NCBI GenBank assembly: GCA_003221005.1
Contig: QHTZ01000082.1
Coordinates: 1-46,442, forward strand
Reading direction: 5' to 3'
Origin: Gemmatimonadota bacterium
GTDB lineage: Bacteria > Gemmatimonadota > Gemmatimonadetes > Gemmatimonadales > GWC2-71-9
DNA length: 46,442 bases
Positions 8,711 to 18,662 of this stretch are shown here, in pieces (the first letter of the stretch is position 1; the number at the start of each line of letters is the position of its first letter). The notes below the pieces were generated by a model, which worked only from the letters and a program-made list of their open reading frames with translations, ran no database searches and was not told the DNA's origin. A program made the position numbers and the translations under genes.

Positions 8711-10057
8711 TCAGAGGTCGAGCCCGTACACCTTAATCTTATTGATCAGCGTCGCGCGCGAAATGCCGAGCTCCTGAGACGCCCGCGTGCGGTTGCCGCC
8801 GTGGGCACGCAGCGTGCGCTCGATGTGGTGGCGTTCGACCTCCGCCAGGGCCTGCGGGACGTGGCGCCGGTCGGTGGCCCCGGCTCCCTTGCGCAGGTCC
8901 GGGGGCAGGTGCTCGACGCCAATGGCCGCCGCGCCCTGGGCCATGATGAGGGCGCGCTCCAGCACGTTGCGCATCTCCCGCACGTTGCCGGGCCACGGCG
9001 CCGAAAGCAGGCGATCGAGCGCCTCCGTGGTGCAGCCCCCCGGGCACCCCGGGAGCTCGGCGTGCAGCGTAGCGAGAAGCTGCGTCACGAGCGCCAGGCG
9101 ATCCTCGCGAGAGCGCTCGCGCAGCGGCGGGACATGCAGCGGGAGCACGCTCAAGCGGTACAACAGATCTTCCCGAAAGCGCCCCGCTCTGACGTCGCTC
9201 ACCAGGTCCCGGTTGGTGGCGGCAATCAGCCGGACGTCGACCTTGATCTCGTGGCGCCCCCCCAAGCGGCGGAACGCCCTGGTCTCGAGCACCTTGAGGA
9301 GTTTGGGCTGCAGCTCGGGCGCCAGCTCGCCGATCTCATCCAGGAAGATGCTCCCGCCGTCGGCGAGCTCGAAGAGTCCCTGGCGGCGCTCCTTGGCGTC
9401 CGTGAAGGCACCGTTCTGGTGGCCGAACAGTTCGGAGTCGAGGAACGTCGCCGACAGCCTGCCGCAGTTCACCTCGACGAACGGCCCAGCGGCGCGAGGG
9501 CTCAGCTGGTGGATCAGGCGCGCCAACCAGCCCTTCCCGGTGCCGCTCTCGCCGGTCATGAGCACCGTGCTGCGCTCGCTCGCCGCCAGGAGCTCGATCT
9601 GCCGGGCTAGCTCTCTCATGGTCGAGGAGGCGCCGAGCGTCTCGAGACCGTCGCTCAGTCGGCCGCGCGCCCGCAGCAGGGCATTGTGTCGCGACAGCCG
9701 CACCTTCTCCCCCACGCGCGCAGTCGCGGCGGCCAGGTGGCTCATGTCCACCGGCTTGGCGAGGAAGGTTTCCGCGCCGAGCTGCATGGCGCGCACCGCC
9801 GTCTCGGTATCTCCCTGCCCCGTCAGCAGGATGACCGAGCCGCCGCTCGAGCGCAGGCGCTCCAGCACCTCCAGCCCACTCCGGTCGGGAAGGTGCAGGT
9901 CGAGGATCACCACGTCGGGACGCTCCCGCTCGAACGTCTCGAGGCCGCTGTCGCCCGTGGCCTCGCGGTGCACCTCATATCCGAGGCGCTCGAAGTAGTC
10001 ACCCACGGCGCGCAGCACGTCGCAGTCGTCGTCGACCAGAAGCAAGGTGTCAGACAT
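8711..10057 (-). CDS. NtrC/AtoC-type sigma54-dependent response regulator (REC-AAA+-Fis HTH)
   Basis: LLVDDD receiver, GESGTGK, GAFTDA, FLDEIGE, WPGNVREM and GNRTRASQELGISRATL. Confidence 0.93.
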   Translation of the reverse strand: MSDTLLLVDDDCDVLRAVGDYFERLGYEVHREATGDSGLETFERERPDVVILDLHLPDRSGLEVLERLRSSGGSVILLTGQGDTETAVRAMQLGAETFLAKPVDMSHLAAATARVGEKVRLSRHNALLRARGRLSDGLETLGASSTMRELARQIELLAASERSTVLMTGESGTGKGWLARLIHQLSPRAAGPFVEVNCGRLSATFLDSELFGHQNGAFTDAKERRQGLFELADGGSIFLDEIGELAPELQPKLLKVLETRAFRRLGGRHEIKVDVRLIAATNRDLVSDVRAGRFREDLLYRLSVLPLHVPPLRERSREDRLALVTQLLATLHAELPGCPGGCTTEALDRLLSAPWPGNVREMRNVLERALIMAQGAAAIGVEHLPPDLRKGAGATDRRHVPQALAEVERHHIERTLRAHGGNRTRASQELGISRATLINKIKVYGLDL

Positions 10058-10997
10058 GCGTCGCGCTCCGCCGGGGGAGGGGGACCTTGGCGGCATCGAC
10101 CAGCACGGAGAGGGCCCCGGGCAAGAGCCGCGCTGCGAACGGTGTGACGCCAGCCACCTCGCCGTCGAGCTGCACCTGACGCGGGCCCCCGTCCACCGTC
10201 TCCACCGCCACCGAACGCCCCCGCGCGAACCACACGCGCCGGCGCGCGACGCCCGAGCCGTTCGCCGAGCCGCGCACCAGCTCCCAGAACGCGAGCACGC
10301 TCTCCAGCGCACCATCGGCATCGAGCGCCATCACGTCCAACCAGCCATCGTCAGGGGCGATGTCGTTGTGCAGGCGCAGGAACGGCGGAATCAGCTCGCC
10401 GCAGTTGGCGATGAGCACCATCGCCGCGCGCCGCTCGTATACCGTCCCGTCAACGGTCACCCGGTGGACGGCGTTGCGCACGCCGGGCAGGGCGGCGAGC
10501 GCCCGCGCCACATAGGCGCCCATCTTCCAGCGCCGCTTCGAGACGCCGGGCGTGTTCGCCATGAGCCGGGCGTCGAAACCGGCGCCGCTGCACACCGCGA
10601 AGTAGTGAGCGCCGTCCGAGCGCTCCACCTCGCCCAGGTCCAGGGACTTCGGCTTCCCGCGCAGGATGACCCGGGCAGCCGCGGCCGGCCCGCTCGGCAG
10701 ACGCAGGTTGCCCGCGAGCAGGTTGCCGGTCCCTCCCGGGACGATCCCCAGCGGGATGTCGCTGCCGACCACGCCCCCCGCCACCTGCATCGCCGTGCCA
10801 TCCCCTCCGTAGCTCACGAGCACGTCCACGCCCCGCTCGCGCGCCTCGCGCGCGAAGCGCCGAGCATCGCCGGGCTTGGCGGTGGCCTGTACTTCCACGG
10901 TCCAGCCGCCGGCGTGCAGGGTGTCGCGGATGGCGCCGACCGCGCGCGCATCGGTGCGCGCCGCGGCGGGGTTGGTGATCACCAGGGCCCGGGTCAT
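10050..10997 (-). CDS. Diacylglycerol kinase catalytic-domain family lipid kinase (YegS/DagK-like)
   Basis: ITNPAA, GGDGT, PGGTGNLLA, GAGFDA and QLDGE. Confidence 0.92.
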   Translation of the reverse strand: MTRALVITNPAAARTDARAVGAIRDTLHAGGWTVEVQATAKPGDARRFAREARERGVDVLVSYGGDGTAMQVAGGVVGSDIPLGIVPGGTGNLLAGNLRLPSGPAAAARVILRGKPKSLDLGEVERSDGAHYFAVCSGAGFDARLMANTPGVSKRRWKMGAYVARALAALPGVRNAVHRVTVDGTVYERRAAMVLIANCGELIPPFLRLHNDIAPDDGWLDVMALDADGALESVLAFWELVRGSANGSGVARRRVWFARGRSVAVETVDGGPRQVQLDGEVAGVTPFAARLLPGALSVLVDAAKVPLPRRSATHV

Positions 10998-10998
10998 G

Positions 10999-13900
10999 TC
11001 AGTAGCGCCGCTCCCAGATGAGATCGAAGCCCACCTGCCGCGGCACGGTGATGCTCTGCGCCTCCCCCAGGGGGTCCGCCGTGCAGCTGCGGACCGGCTC
11101 GAAGCTCGCCTCCGTGCGGAACTCCGGGCTCATGCGGAACTGGAGACTCACCCCGATTGTGTTTCCCACCGCGACCGGCCGGCCCTGGCAGAACCCCGCG
11201 TTCACCACCAGGAACGTCTTGCGACCCAGCTGCCGCCCGACGGCGAGCTGCACGCCGGAAAGCGGGTCGCTCGGCGCGCCGGGGCGGATCTCCACGTAGT
11301 CGAGCGGGATGCCGAGGTCCGAGACGAGCGTGCGCTCGAGCTCCCCCGAGACGATCGACGCCGCGCTCTGAAGCAGGGCGCGCTGGTCGGCGAGGCCGCC
11401 TTGCTGGCTGCTCAGCTCGAAACTCGGCTTACCAAAGAGGAGGTACGAGATGACCTCGGTCTGCGACAGGTCCTGGTGTTCCGCCGCGAGCGTCACCCGA
11501 GGCACCGACAGCGTGCCCGTGATGTGAGCGACGATGGTGATGTCCTCAGGATTGCGCTGCGACGGCGTGGGCACCGGATGCACGGTGTGTTTCGCCTCGA
11601 TGTTCAACTCGGCGTCGAGGTCTGGCGTCCCGAAGTATTTCACCGTCCCCTGCGACACCACGAATTCTCGGGTCACGCCGAGCTTGAGCCGGTAGACGCC
11701 GCGCGGAGCCTGAAGCGTGCCGGAGAGCAGATAGGCCTTCTGCTGCTTGCTGAGCGTCACGGTGCCGGTGAGCTGGATGTTGGCTTCACCCGAGCGCAGC
11801 CAGACGTCGCTCCCCATGTCGAGGTCCAGGTCCCGGATGCGGAGGCTGTCCAGAAACACGCTTTGGAACTCGGGGCCGAGGCCTTGCTGCTGGATGAGCG
11901 ATGCGAGCGAAGTGTCGGCCAGCTCGCTCAGGCTCACGATGCGCTTCTCGATCAGGTCCGCGAAGTACAGCACACCAGACGTCACGGTCGCGTGCCCGGT
12001 CAGCGTCGCGCCGAACACGGGTCCGGAGAGCGACAGCCGACCGCTGGCGGTGACGGTCACGTCGCCCTTGAGGTCGAGCGCCTTGAAGTGATCCGCGTTG
12101 ATCGTGAGCGCCAGCACGGGATGCGTCAGCTGCTCGAGCCGCACGAATCCCGACACGTCCATCCGGCCGTTGTCGCTCTGCGCGGACAGCGTACGCACGG
12201 CGATCGTGTCCCCCGAGAGGGCCAACTCGCCCGCCACGTGCTCGTACCGCACGTTAAGCGCGGGGATCGTGGCGGCCGCCCCAGCGATCTTGAGGCTCCC
12301 TTCCAGGCGCGGATCCCGCCAGGTGCCCGCGACGCCCACGTCCGCCGAGAACACGCCCTGCACCTGCCGCAGGAGGGGGGTGACCGCTTCCAGCACCGAG
12401 AGGTCCACGGAGTCCGCCTGAGCGCGCACGGAAAGGGTGTCCGGCAGCTGGCGCTGGGCGACGGGGGCGAGCGCGAGGTCGAGCGGCAGGCGCGCCGTGA
12501 CGTTGAGGACCTGCTGGCCCCCACGCCAGAGATGCAGCCCCGCGTCGAGCCGGCGCCCCCGGTACTCGAAGTTCCCATCCATGTAGGGCATGCGGAATTC
12601 GCCGAGGGACCCGTTGGACACCGCCAGCGAGCCGTCGTATTCGGGCTCCGCGCGCGTGCCGGCGAGGCCGACGGTCGCCGTCACGGTGCCCGCGACGCCG
12701 CTCGTATCCTGCTCGAGCAGGGCGTACACGCCCGCCAGCGGGAACCCTTCTATCTGGAGGTGCGCGTCGGCGCGTCCGCGGGTCGGCAGGTCGCCCTTCA
12801 GAACCAGGCGTCCCGAGTCCCGCACGCTGTGCAGCGCGGCGCCGGCGACCCGGATCACCGAGTCGTTCACCGTGACCTGGGTCGGTGCCTCCAGAAACCA
12901 CACCCCGCCGGGCAGCAGCACGGCGAGCGAATCCACGGCGACGGTCACCGTCGAGGGATCGCCTGGCCCGGCCGCGCGCCGCGCGAAGCGGCCCCCCGCG
13001 AGAACCGCGCCGAGGTCGCCGACCCGCGAGCGTGCAAACCACGTCAGCGAGTCGCGCGTCCCGCGCAGCGCGCCGGACGCCGCACCGAAGCCGTACGTAC
13101 CGAACCGCAGCGAGTCGAGCGTCGCGTCGAGCCGGAACGCAGGGACGGGGCCGGGCTGGTACGCACCGTGCAGGCGGCCCGAGGGAATCTCCCAGTCGCG
13201 CCAGCGCACGCGCTCGGCGTTGGCGCGCGCCTCCACGGCCACCGAATCGAACGCACCCTCCAGGGTGAGCAGGACGCGCGCCGAGCCCTTGAGCGAGCGC
13301 CCGCGCCCCACGGTCGCGGTGTCGCGCCCAACGACCCAGGCCACGAGCGAGTCGAGCGAGTTGAGGCTGTCGGCGTCGAAATCGAGCGAGAGCACGCCCC
13401 CGGCCGGGCGCCGCCACCCGAGGGCACCGGCCCCGGTCGTGATGAGCCCCGACTGCGCCACGCGCAGCGAGTCGACGTACAGCCGACCGTCCGCAAAGCG
13501 CACCGCGGCGCGGCCGCTGTCGAACGCCGTCCCGGCAAGCACCGACGGGGCAAGCGCCGCGGTCAGCGCGCCCTCCGGGGCCGCGGCGCTGTCCCACGCG
13601 GCGCCGCCCGTGACCGTGACGTTCAGGCGCGAGCCGGGCAGCCCGCGGACCCACGTCGAGAGGTCGAGGTCCCGCGTGGCGAGCGTGAGATGACGCGCTC
13701 CGGTGCGCTGGTCGAGCAGCGTGAAGATGCCGTCGACCCTTGCCGCTCCCGCCCCTGCAGCGGACGTGAGCTCGGCGTGGGTCTCGAGAGCGGCGGCCGT
13801 GCCGGCGAGCCGCACTGGGCCCTTGACGGCGCCGCGCAGCCGGAGGCCGGGGAAGCTGCCGCTCAGCCCGTCGAAGGAGAGCGAATCGGCGTTCACGTCG

Positions 13901-15393
13901 GCGAAGAACCCGACCGTGTCGGTGCGCGTGTCGAGCCCGACCGTGCCGCGAATCACGCTCGCCGGGCGCGCGCCGTCGCGCTGCGCGAGGGTGCCCGCGA
14001 ACCGGGCGTTGTGCAGCGGCCCCGTGAGCGTACCGGCCCCGGTCAGCTCCCCGCGCAGCGTGACGGCGGGCGCCAGCCGGCGGACCGTGCCGAGATTCAC
14101 GGCCGCCGCCTCCACGGTGAACGGCTGGAAGTGGATGCCGTCCGCCGCGACCAGGTTCACCTCGCCCTTGCCACGGATGCGCGACACGGGCCAACCGGGG
14201 ACGAGCGAGTCTCGAAACGTCCAGTCCAGGTCCAGGGCGAGCGCTTTGACCTGGCCATCGGCGGTGGTATGCCCGGTGAGCCGCCCGTAGAAGGGAAGCG
14301 CCTCGACGAGGCCGCGCGGGAAATCGAGGTCGAAATCGGTCGCCACGAGATCGGCACCTCGTACCGCGACGAGACCGGAATCGGCCGCGGTCACCACGGT
14401 GAGCCGGCCGGCGAGCGCGCCGCCGGCGTACCGCACGTCGAGCGGATCGAGCTGCACTTCGAGGAGGCGGCTGCCGTGCGACCGGAGTCGCACGCCGCCC
14501 CGGTACACCGCGCTTCCCGGAAAGCGAGCGGTCACGAAGCGCGCGTCCTCGAGCGTGGCGGAGTCGGCGCGCAGCGCGAGGTCGTAGAGGAGGGTGCCCC
14601 GGGGCCAGCGCACCCGCCCGCGCGCGGACAGCCGCGAGGCCGGAAGCTGCACGCGCGGCAGGTCGGCCTCGAGCGAATCGCCGACGATGGTGATCTGCCC
14701 CGCGGCGTCGCGCACCTCGACGCGGGGATCCGTGCTGGCCATCGCGAGCTTCGTGATGTCGATCCGGATCCCGCGGTCCTGCGGGGACGAGACGCGTAGC
14801 GCCGAGAGGCGTGCGTTCACATGTTCGAAGCGCCGCACGCGGCGCCGGCCCTGGCTCTCGAGGGGGTCGATCTCGGGGCCGGGCGCCGCTGGCTCGCCGG
14901 TCTCCTGCAATCGCAGCGTGACGGTGCCCTCCTCGATGCGCACGTTGCGGAACAGGATCAAGGTTGCGGGCCCGTGCGGACCGGTGCTGGGGCGCCCGAG
15001 CCGCAGGAACTCTTCAACGTTGAGACGGCCCCCGGGGTGCTGGACGACGTTGATCGTCGGCTCGCGCAGCTCGAGCTCGAGGAGGAGCACGCGGCCGGCC
15101 GCGAAGTCGAACGGATTGTAGCTCGCGTCCACACGCGGGAGCGCGGCCACCAGCGTTGTGTCCGGGTCGAACAGCTTGACGTCCCGCAGCGTGACGCCCG
15201 TGAGGAGGGGCCCCCGGATGTCCCCGATCTCCACCGAGCCGTCCACCACCTGGCCCAGCTCGCTCGTCGCGACCCGGCCCAGCAGGCGGCGCCCGGCGCC
15301 CGTGCCAACCAGGGCGCTGAGCGCCCCGAGGAACGAGGCGAGCAGCCCCGCCACGAGCCACAGCGCCGCCGCGAGCGAGTGGCGGACCATCAA
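10999..15393 (-). CDS. tamB: Translocation and assembly module TamB (AsmA-like) protein
   Basis: 1464 aa with N-terminal anchor and beta-rich repeats. DUF490-like C-terminus (PDLDAELNIEA, EVISYLLFG). Directly downstream of an Omp85 gene. Confidence 0.85.
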   Translation of the reverse strand: MMVRHSLAAALWLVAGLLASFLGALSALVGTGAGRRLLGRVATSELGQVVDGSVEIGDIRGPLLTGVTLRDVKLFDPDTTLVAALPRVDASYNPFDFAAGRVLLLELELREPTINVVQHPGGRLNVEEFLRLGRPSTGPHGPATLILFRNVRIEEGTVTLRLQETGEPAAPGPEIDPLESQGRRRVRRFEHVNARLSALRVSSPQDRGIRIDITKLAMASTDPRVEVRDAAGQITIVGDSLEADLPRVQLPASRLSARGRVRWPRGTLLYDLALRADSATLEDARFVTARFPGSAVYRGGVRLRSHGSRLLEVQLDPLDVRYAGGALAGRLTVVTAADSGLVAVRGADLVATDFDLDFPRGLVEALPFYGRLTGHTTADGQVKALALDLDWTFRDSLVPGWPVSRIRGKGEVNLVAADGIHFQPFTVEAAAVNLGTVRRLAPAVTLRGELTGAGTLTGPLHNARFAGTLAQRDGARPASVIRGTVGLDTRTDTVGFFADVNADSLSFDGLSGSFPGLRLRGAVKGPVRLAGTAAALETHAELTSAAGAGAARVDGIFTLLDQRTGARHLTLATRDLDLSTWVRGLPGSRLNVTVTGGAAWDSAAAPEGALTAALAPSVLAGTAFDSGRAAVRFADGRLYVDSLRVAQSGLITTGAGALGWRRPAGGVLSLDFDADSLNSLDSLVAWVVGRDTATVGRGRSLKGSARVLLTLEGAFDSVAVEARANAERVRWRDWEIPSGRLHGAYQPGPVPAFRLDATLDSLRFGTYGFGAASGALRGTRDSLTWFARSRVGDLGAVLAGGRFARRAAGPGDPSTVTVAVDSLAVLLPGGVWFLEAPTQVTVNDSVIRVAGAALHSVRDSGRLVLKGDLPTRGRADAHLQIEGFPLAGVYALLEQDTSGVAGTVTATVGLAGTRAEPEYDGSLAVSNGSLGEFRMPYMDGNFEYRGRRLDAGLHLWRGGQQVLNVTARLPLDLALAPVAQRQLPDTLSVRAQADSVDLSVLEAVTPLLRQVQGVFSADVGVAGTWRDPRLEGSLKIAGAAATIPALNVRYEHVAGELALSGDTIAVRTLSAQSDNGRMDVSGFVRLEQLTHPVLALTINADHFKALDLKGDVTVTASGRLSLSGPVFGATLTGHATVTSGVLYFADLIEKRIVSLSELADTSLASLIQQQGLGPEFQSVFLDSLRIRDLDLDMGSDVWLRSGEANIQLTGTVTLSKQQKAYLLSGTLQAPRGVYRLKLGVTREFVVSQGTVKYFGTPDLDAELNIEAKHTVHPVPTPSQRNPEDITIVAHITGTLSVPRVTLAAEHQDLSQTEVISYLLFGKPSFELSSQQGGLADQRALLQSAASIVSGELERTLVSDLGIPLDYVEIRPGAPSDPLSGVQLAVGRQLGRKTFLVVNAGFCQGRPVAVGNTIGVSLQFRMSPEFRTEASFEPVRSCTADPLGEAQSITVPRQVGFDLIWERRY

Positions 15394-17498
15394 AAGGCCT
15401 GCCCCACGGCGAACTGGACGATGACCCGCCGCCAGAACGTCGCCGGCCGCGGGGGTTGATAGGTCGCGTTTTGCACCAGCGTGAGGTTGTTCTGCTTATC
15501 CTGGAAGTAGACCGGTCCCGGCTCCGCGGCGTAGCCGTTGTAGGCCGCGTCGATGCGAACGGGTCCCAGCGGAGTGGCGAACCGGAGCCCCGCGCCCGGG
15601 GTCACGCGGATGTCGTGCAGGCTGGTCTGATCAACGCGCGCCCACACCTGGCCGACGTCCACGAACATTGCAACCCGCATCCGGTCGGGAAACACCGGCG
15701 TGGCGAAGCGGAGCTCGGCGTTGAGGACGAAGAGCGCATTCCCCCCGGTCGGCGCCGTCTGGACGTCGAAGAACGTCCTCTCGGTTCCGTTCACGACGAC
15801 GCTGTCGCTGACGTAGACTCGGGGGCCCAGCTCGTTACGGGCGTAGCCGCGCACCGAGTTCGGGCCGCCGCCGTAGAACCGCTGGTCCGGCGGCACGAAT
15901 TGCACACTCTGTGTGTCAACGGTGACATTCCGGAGGGGAACGATCGCACCCGTCCGAACCCGCCAGGCCAGGACCCCTCGCCGGCCGATGGGATGGTACC
16001 GCGAGACCTCGAGCTCCCCGCGGTTGAACTCGTACAGGGTGTCGGAGCCCACGACGCGGGATGCGTGCATCAGGCCAACGGTCACCAGGCTTCCGCGGGT
16101 GGGATCCAGCACCGAATTGACCTGGTTGCGCACCCCCGAGACCGTTACGGCGGCGAACCGGCGAGAGCTCGTGAGCAGCGCCTGGTCGTTCGCATCGCAC
16201 ACCCGGAACACACTGCATAGCACCGCAGCGTCGGCGGTCGTGCGACCCACGGAGAAGCCATACCCGATCGTCACCGGGATGTTGCGGCGCGCGTTGATGG
16301 TGACGGCGGGATTCACGCCGACATCCTGACGCGTGTACGTCTTGAACTCGGACCGGCGCTCCGCGAACACGCCGAGGCGCGCCGTGTGGCGCGGCGAGAA
16401 GAACGTGGGCTGTCGCAGCGTCAACCCGACCGTGTAGTTGAGAGTGTCCGACGTCGAGTCCGCCTGGAGCGACTGGCACACGTTGTCCCTGAGGCCCACG
16501 TCGGTCGGTCTGCCGACCCCGAGCTTCGAGACGCTCCCCGTCAGGTCGAGCGCGCGCGCCCCGCCGAAGAAATCGTATGCCGTCCAGCCGCCCTGCACCC
16601 GGAAGCAGTCGATCGTGCCGAACCCCATTCCCCCAAGGATCCGATGCCCGGCCCCCTCCACCACCCGCACCACGACGCGCACGAGCGTGTCGCCGGGTGC
16701 CGTGGGCGGCAGCGAGTCGGCCAACAGCACGTTGGCCGAGCGAAACACGCCGATGTCGTAGAGGTCGCGCTGGCTCAGGTACAGCCGGTCTTGTCTGAAC
16801 AGGTCGCCCGGTTTCACCGACAACATGCGCCACACCGTGGCGGTGTCCACGCGGCTCAGGCCCTGGATCACGACGTCGCGAATCCAGATACGTGGCCCTG
16901 TGATCACCTCCAGAGTCGCCGCCGCCGTGAGCGCCGCGTCGTCCTCGTCGAAGTTCCGCAGCACGGTGCCGTATGGATAGCCGACGTTCCTGAGCTGGGC
17001 GACGATGGTATCAGCCGACACCTGAAACGACAACCGGTTGAACGGATCCCCCACCCGGAGCGGCAGGTCCCTCTTCAGTTGTGACAGGTTGAAGATCGGC
17101 TCGGCGCCGATGATGTCGAGCCGCAGCAGCCGCACCGGGTCGCCCTCATGAATGCGAAACTTGATGAAGGCGTCGCGGGGCGTGCGACGCACGACGGTGT
17201 CGACCACCGCGTTCACGTAGCCGCTCTGCCGGTACAGGAGCAACAGGCGCAGCACGTCGCGGCGGAACTCGACCTCGCTGAGGTAGCGCCGCTCACCGAG
17301 ATGGGTCCAGCGCAACCACCATGTCCTGGCGAAGAAGCTCGACTGCGACGTCGCGATCGCGGTGCTCAGGGTGTAGTCGTCGATGGCGTGATTACCCTCG
17401 AAGGCGAGACTGCGTACCACTCGCTGCTCCTGCTGCTGGGCGGCGAGGGAAGCCGCCGCGGACACGGCGACCAACACGGCAAACAGACCGGCACGCAA
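15390..17498 (-). CDS. Omp85 family outer membrane protein (TamA/BamA-like)
   Basis: Signal peptide, POTRA-like repeats, RFYGGGPNSVRGY, TPLGPVRIDAAY and terminal FAVGQAF. Confidence 0.92.
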   Translation of the reverse strand: MRAGLFAVLVAVSAAASLAAQQQEQRVVRSLAFEGNHAIDDYTLSTAIATSQSSFFARTWWLRWTHLGERRYLSEVEFRRDVLRLLLLYRQSGYVNAVVDTVVRRTPRDAFIKFRIHEGDPVRLLRLDIIGAEPIFNLSQLKRDLPLRVGDPFNRLSFQVSADTIVAQLRNVGYPYGTVLRNFDEDDAALTAAATLEVITGPRIWIRDVVIQGLSRVDTATVWRMLSVKPGDLFRQDRLYLSQRDLYDIGVFRSANVLLADSLPPTAPGDTLVRVVVRVVEGAGHRILGGMGFGTIDCFRVQGGWTAYDFFGGARALDLTGSVSKLGVGRPTDVGLRDNVCQSLQADSTSDTLNYTVGLTLRQPTFFSPRHTARLGVFAERRSEFKTYTRQDVGVNPAVTINARRNIPVTIGYGFSVGRTTADAAVLCSVFRVCDANDQALLTSSRRFAAVTVSGVRNQVNSVLDPTRGSLVTVGLMHASRVVGSDTLYEFNRGELEVSRYHPIGRRGVLAWRVRTGAIVPLRNVTVDTQSVQFVPPDQRFYGGGPNSVRGYARNELGPRVYVSDSVVVNGTERTFFDVQTAPTGGNALFVLNAELRFATPVFPDRMRVAMFVDVGQVWARVDQTSLHDIRVTPGAGLRFATPLGPVRIDAAYNGYAAEPGPVYFQDKQNNLTLVQNATYQPPRPATFWRRVIVQFAVGQAF

Positions 17499-17582
17499 TG
17501 GACGAGGTCGGGCGGCTCCCGTACGTTGGCTCGCCCGTCAGGGAGTGTCAACCTTTTCGACACCTGAAAACGGGATTAGTGC

Positions 17583-18605
17583 CTAGTCTTCGCTCTGCCC
17601 GAACAGGGCCATGTTGCTGGAGTGCCCCGGGGCGACCTTGGCCGCGGGGTTGATGAAGTGCACGGCGTGGTTCACCGCGATGCTCGCCTCGGCGACCCCG
17701 GTCGCGATCAGCTTGAGCTTCCCCGGATAGGTGGTGATGTCCCCGGCGGCGAAGATGCCGGGGATGTTCGTCTCCATCGTCGAGGCCACCTTGATGTCGC
17801 CCTTGTCGATGTCGAGCCCCCACTCAGCGATGGCGCCGAGCGAAGAGAGGAACCCGAGCTGCGGAATCACGGCGTCCACGGCGACGTGCTCCTCTTGCTT
17901 CGTCTTGCTGTTGTGGATCGTCACCCCCTCCACCCAGTCGCCGCCATGGATGGCCTTGACCTCCCAGAAGGTGCGCAACTCCATCTTCCCGGCCGCGCAC
18001 AAGGCCTGCACCTGCGCGACGGTCGCGTGGTGCGCGCGGAAGCCGTCCCGCCGGTGGATCATCAGGATCCAGTGCGCCACTCCCTGGAGGTTGACGGCCC
18101 AGTCGAACGCGGAGTCGCCCCCGCCGACCAGCAGCACCCGCTTGCCGGCGAACGACTGGGGATCGAGCACCCGGTCGAAAACGCCGCGGCCGTACCACCG
18201 GTCCACGTCCTTGAGCGGCAGCTTGCGCGGCGTGAACGCGCCGATCCCGCCCGCGATGATGACCGTCAGGGAGGGATACTCGTCCCGGTCGGTGACCACG
18301 ATGAAACGTGGCCGGCCGTTGTCCGACTCGCGCCGCAATCCCAGCACTTTCTCCCCCAGATGCAGCGGCGCCTTGAACTGGAGCGCTTGCTCGGCCATTC
18401 CCTTCACCAGGTCCTTGGCGAGGACCTTGGGGAATCCCGCGACGTCGAAGATGTACTTCTCCGGGTAGAGGGCGGTGAGCTGCCCTCCCACTTGATCGAG
18501 GTTGTCGATCAGCCGGCAGGACGCGCCGCGCATGCCGGCGTAGAACGCGCCGAACAGGCCGGTGGGGCCGGCGCCGATGAGGGTGATATCTTTGACGTCT
18601 TGCAT
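17583..18605 (-). CDS. Ferredoxin--NADP+ reductase, thioredoxin-reductase-like (YumC type)
   Basis: IGAGPTGL, GGQLTALYPEKYIFDVAGFP, GGGDSAFDW, GKLKLIATG and PGHSS. No CxxC. Confidence 0.92.
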   Translation of the reverse strand: MQDVKDITLIGAGPTGLFGAFYAGMRGASCRLIDNLDQVGGQLTALYPEKYIFDVAGFPKVLAKDLVKGMAEQALQFKAPLHLGEKVLGLRRESDNGRPRFIVVTDRDEYPSLTVIIAGGIGAFTPRKLPLKDVDRWYGRGVFDRVLDPQSFAGKRVLLVGGGDSAFDWAVNLQGVAHWILMIHRRDGFRAHHATVAQVQALCAAGKMELRTFWEVKAIHGGDWVEGVTIHNSKTKQEEHVAVDAVIPQLGFLSSLGAIAEWGLDIDKGDIKVASTMETNIPGIFAAGDITTYPGKLKLIATGVAEASIAVNHAVHFINPAAKVAPGHSSNMALFGQSED

Positions 18606-18620
18606 GGGGGCGAATCTGAC

Positions 18621-18650
18621 AGGGGGCGGTAAGGGACGGTAGGGGGGAGG
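18621..18650 (+). repeat. Single-arm 10-nt tandem repeat (GGGGCGGTAA-like)
   Basis: GGGGCGGTAA GGGACGGTAG GGGG, the same unit as the element inside glcF. Confidence 0.5.
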
Positions 18651-18662
18651 AGCGTAGAGGTA

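Noticed and set aside
9400-9430. GAFTDA instead of GAFTGA in the sigma54 activator
   Set aside because: A common natural variant, and not evidence of novelty by itself.
10876-14799. 1307-aa plus-strand ORF
   Set aside because: Antisense shadow of tamB. It is Arg/His-rich with no motifs, as expected in high-GC DNA.
18606-18662. Cobalamin riboswitch upstream of pduO
   Set aside because: The gap is only about 57 bp and lacks the B12-box.
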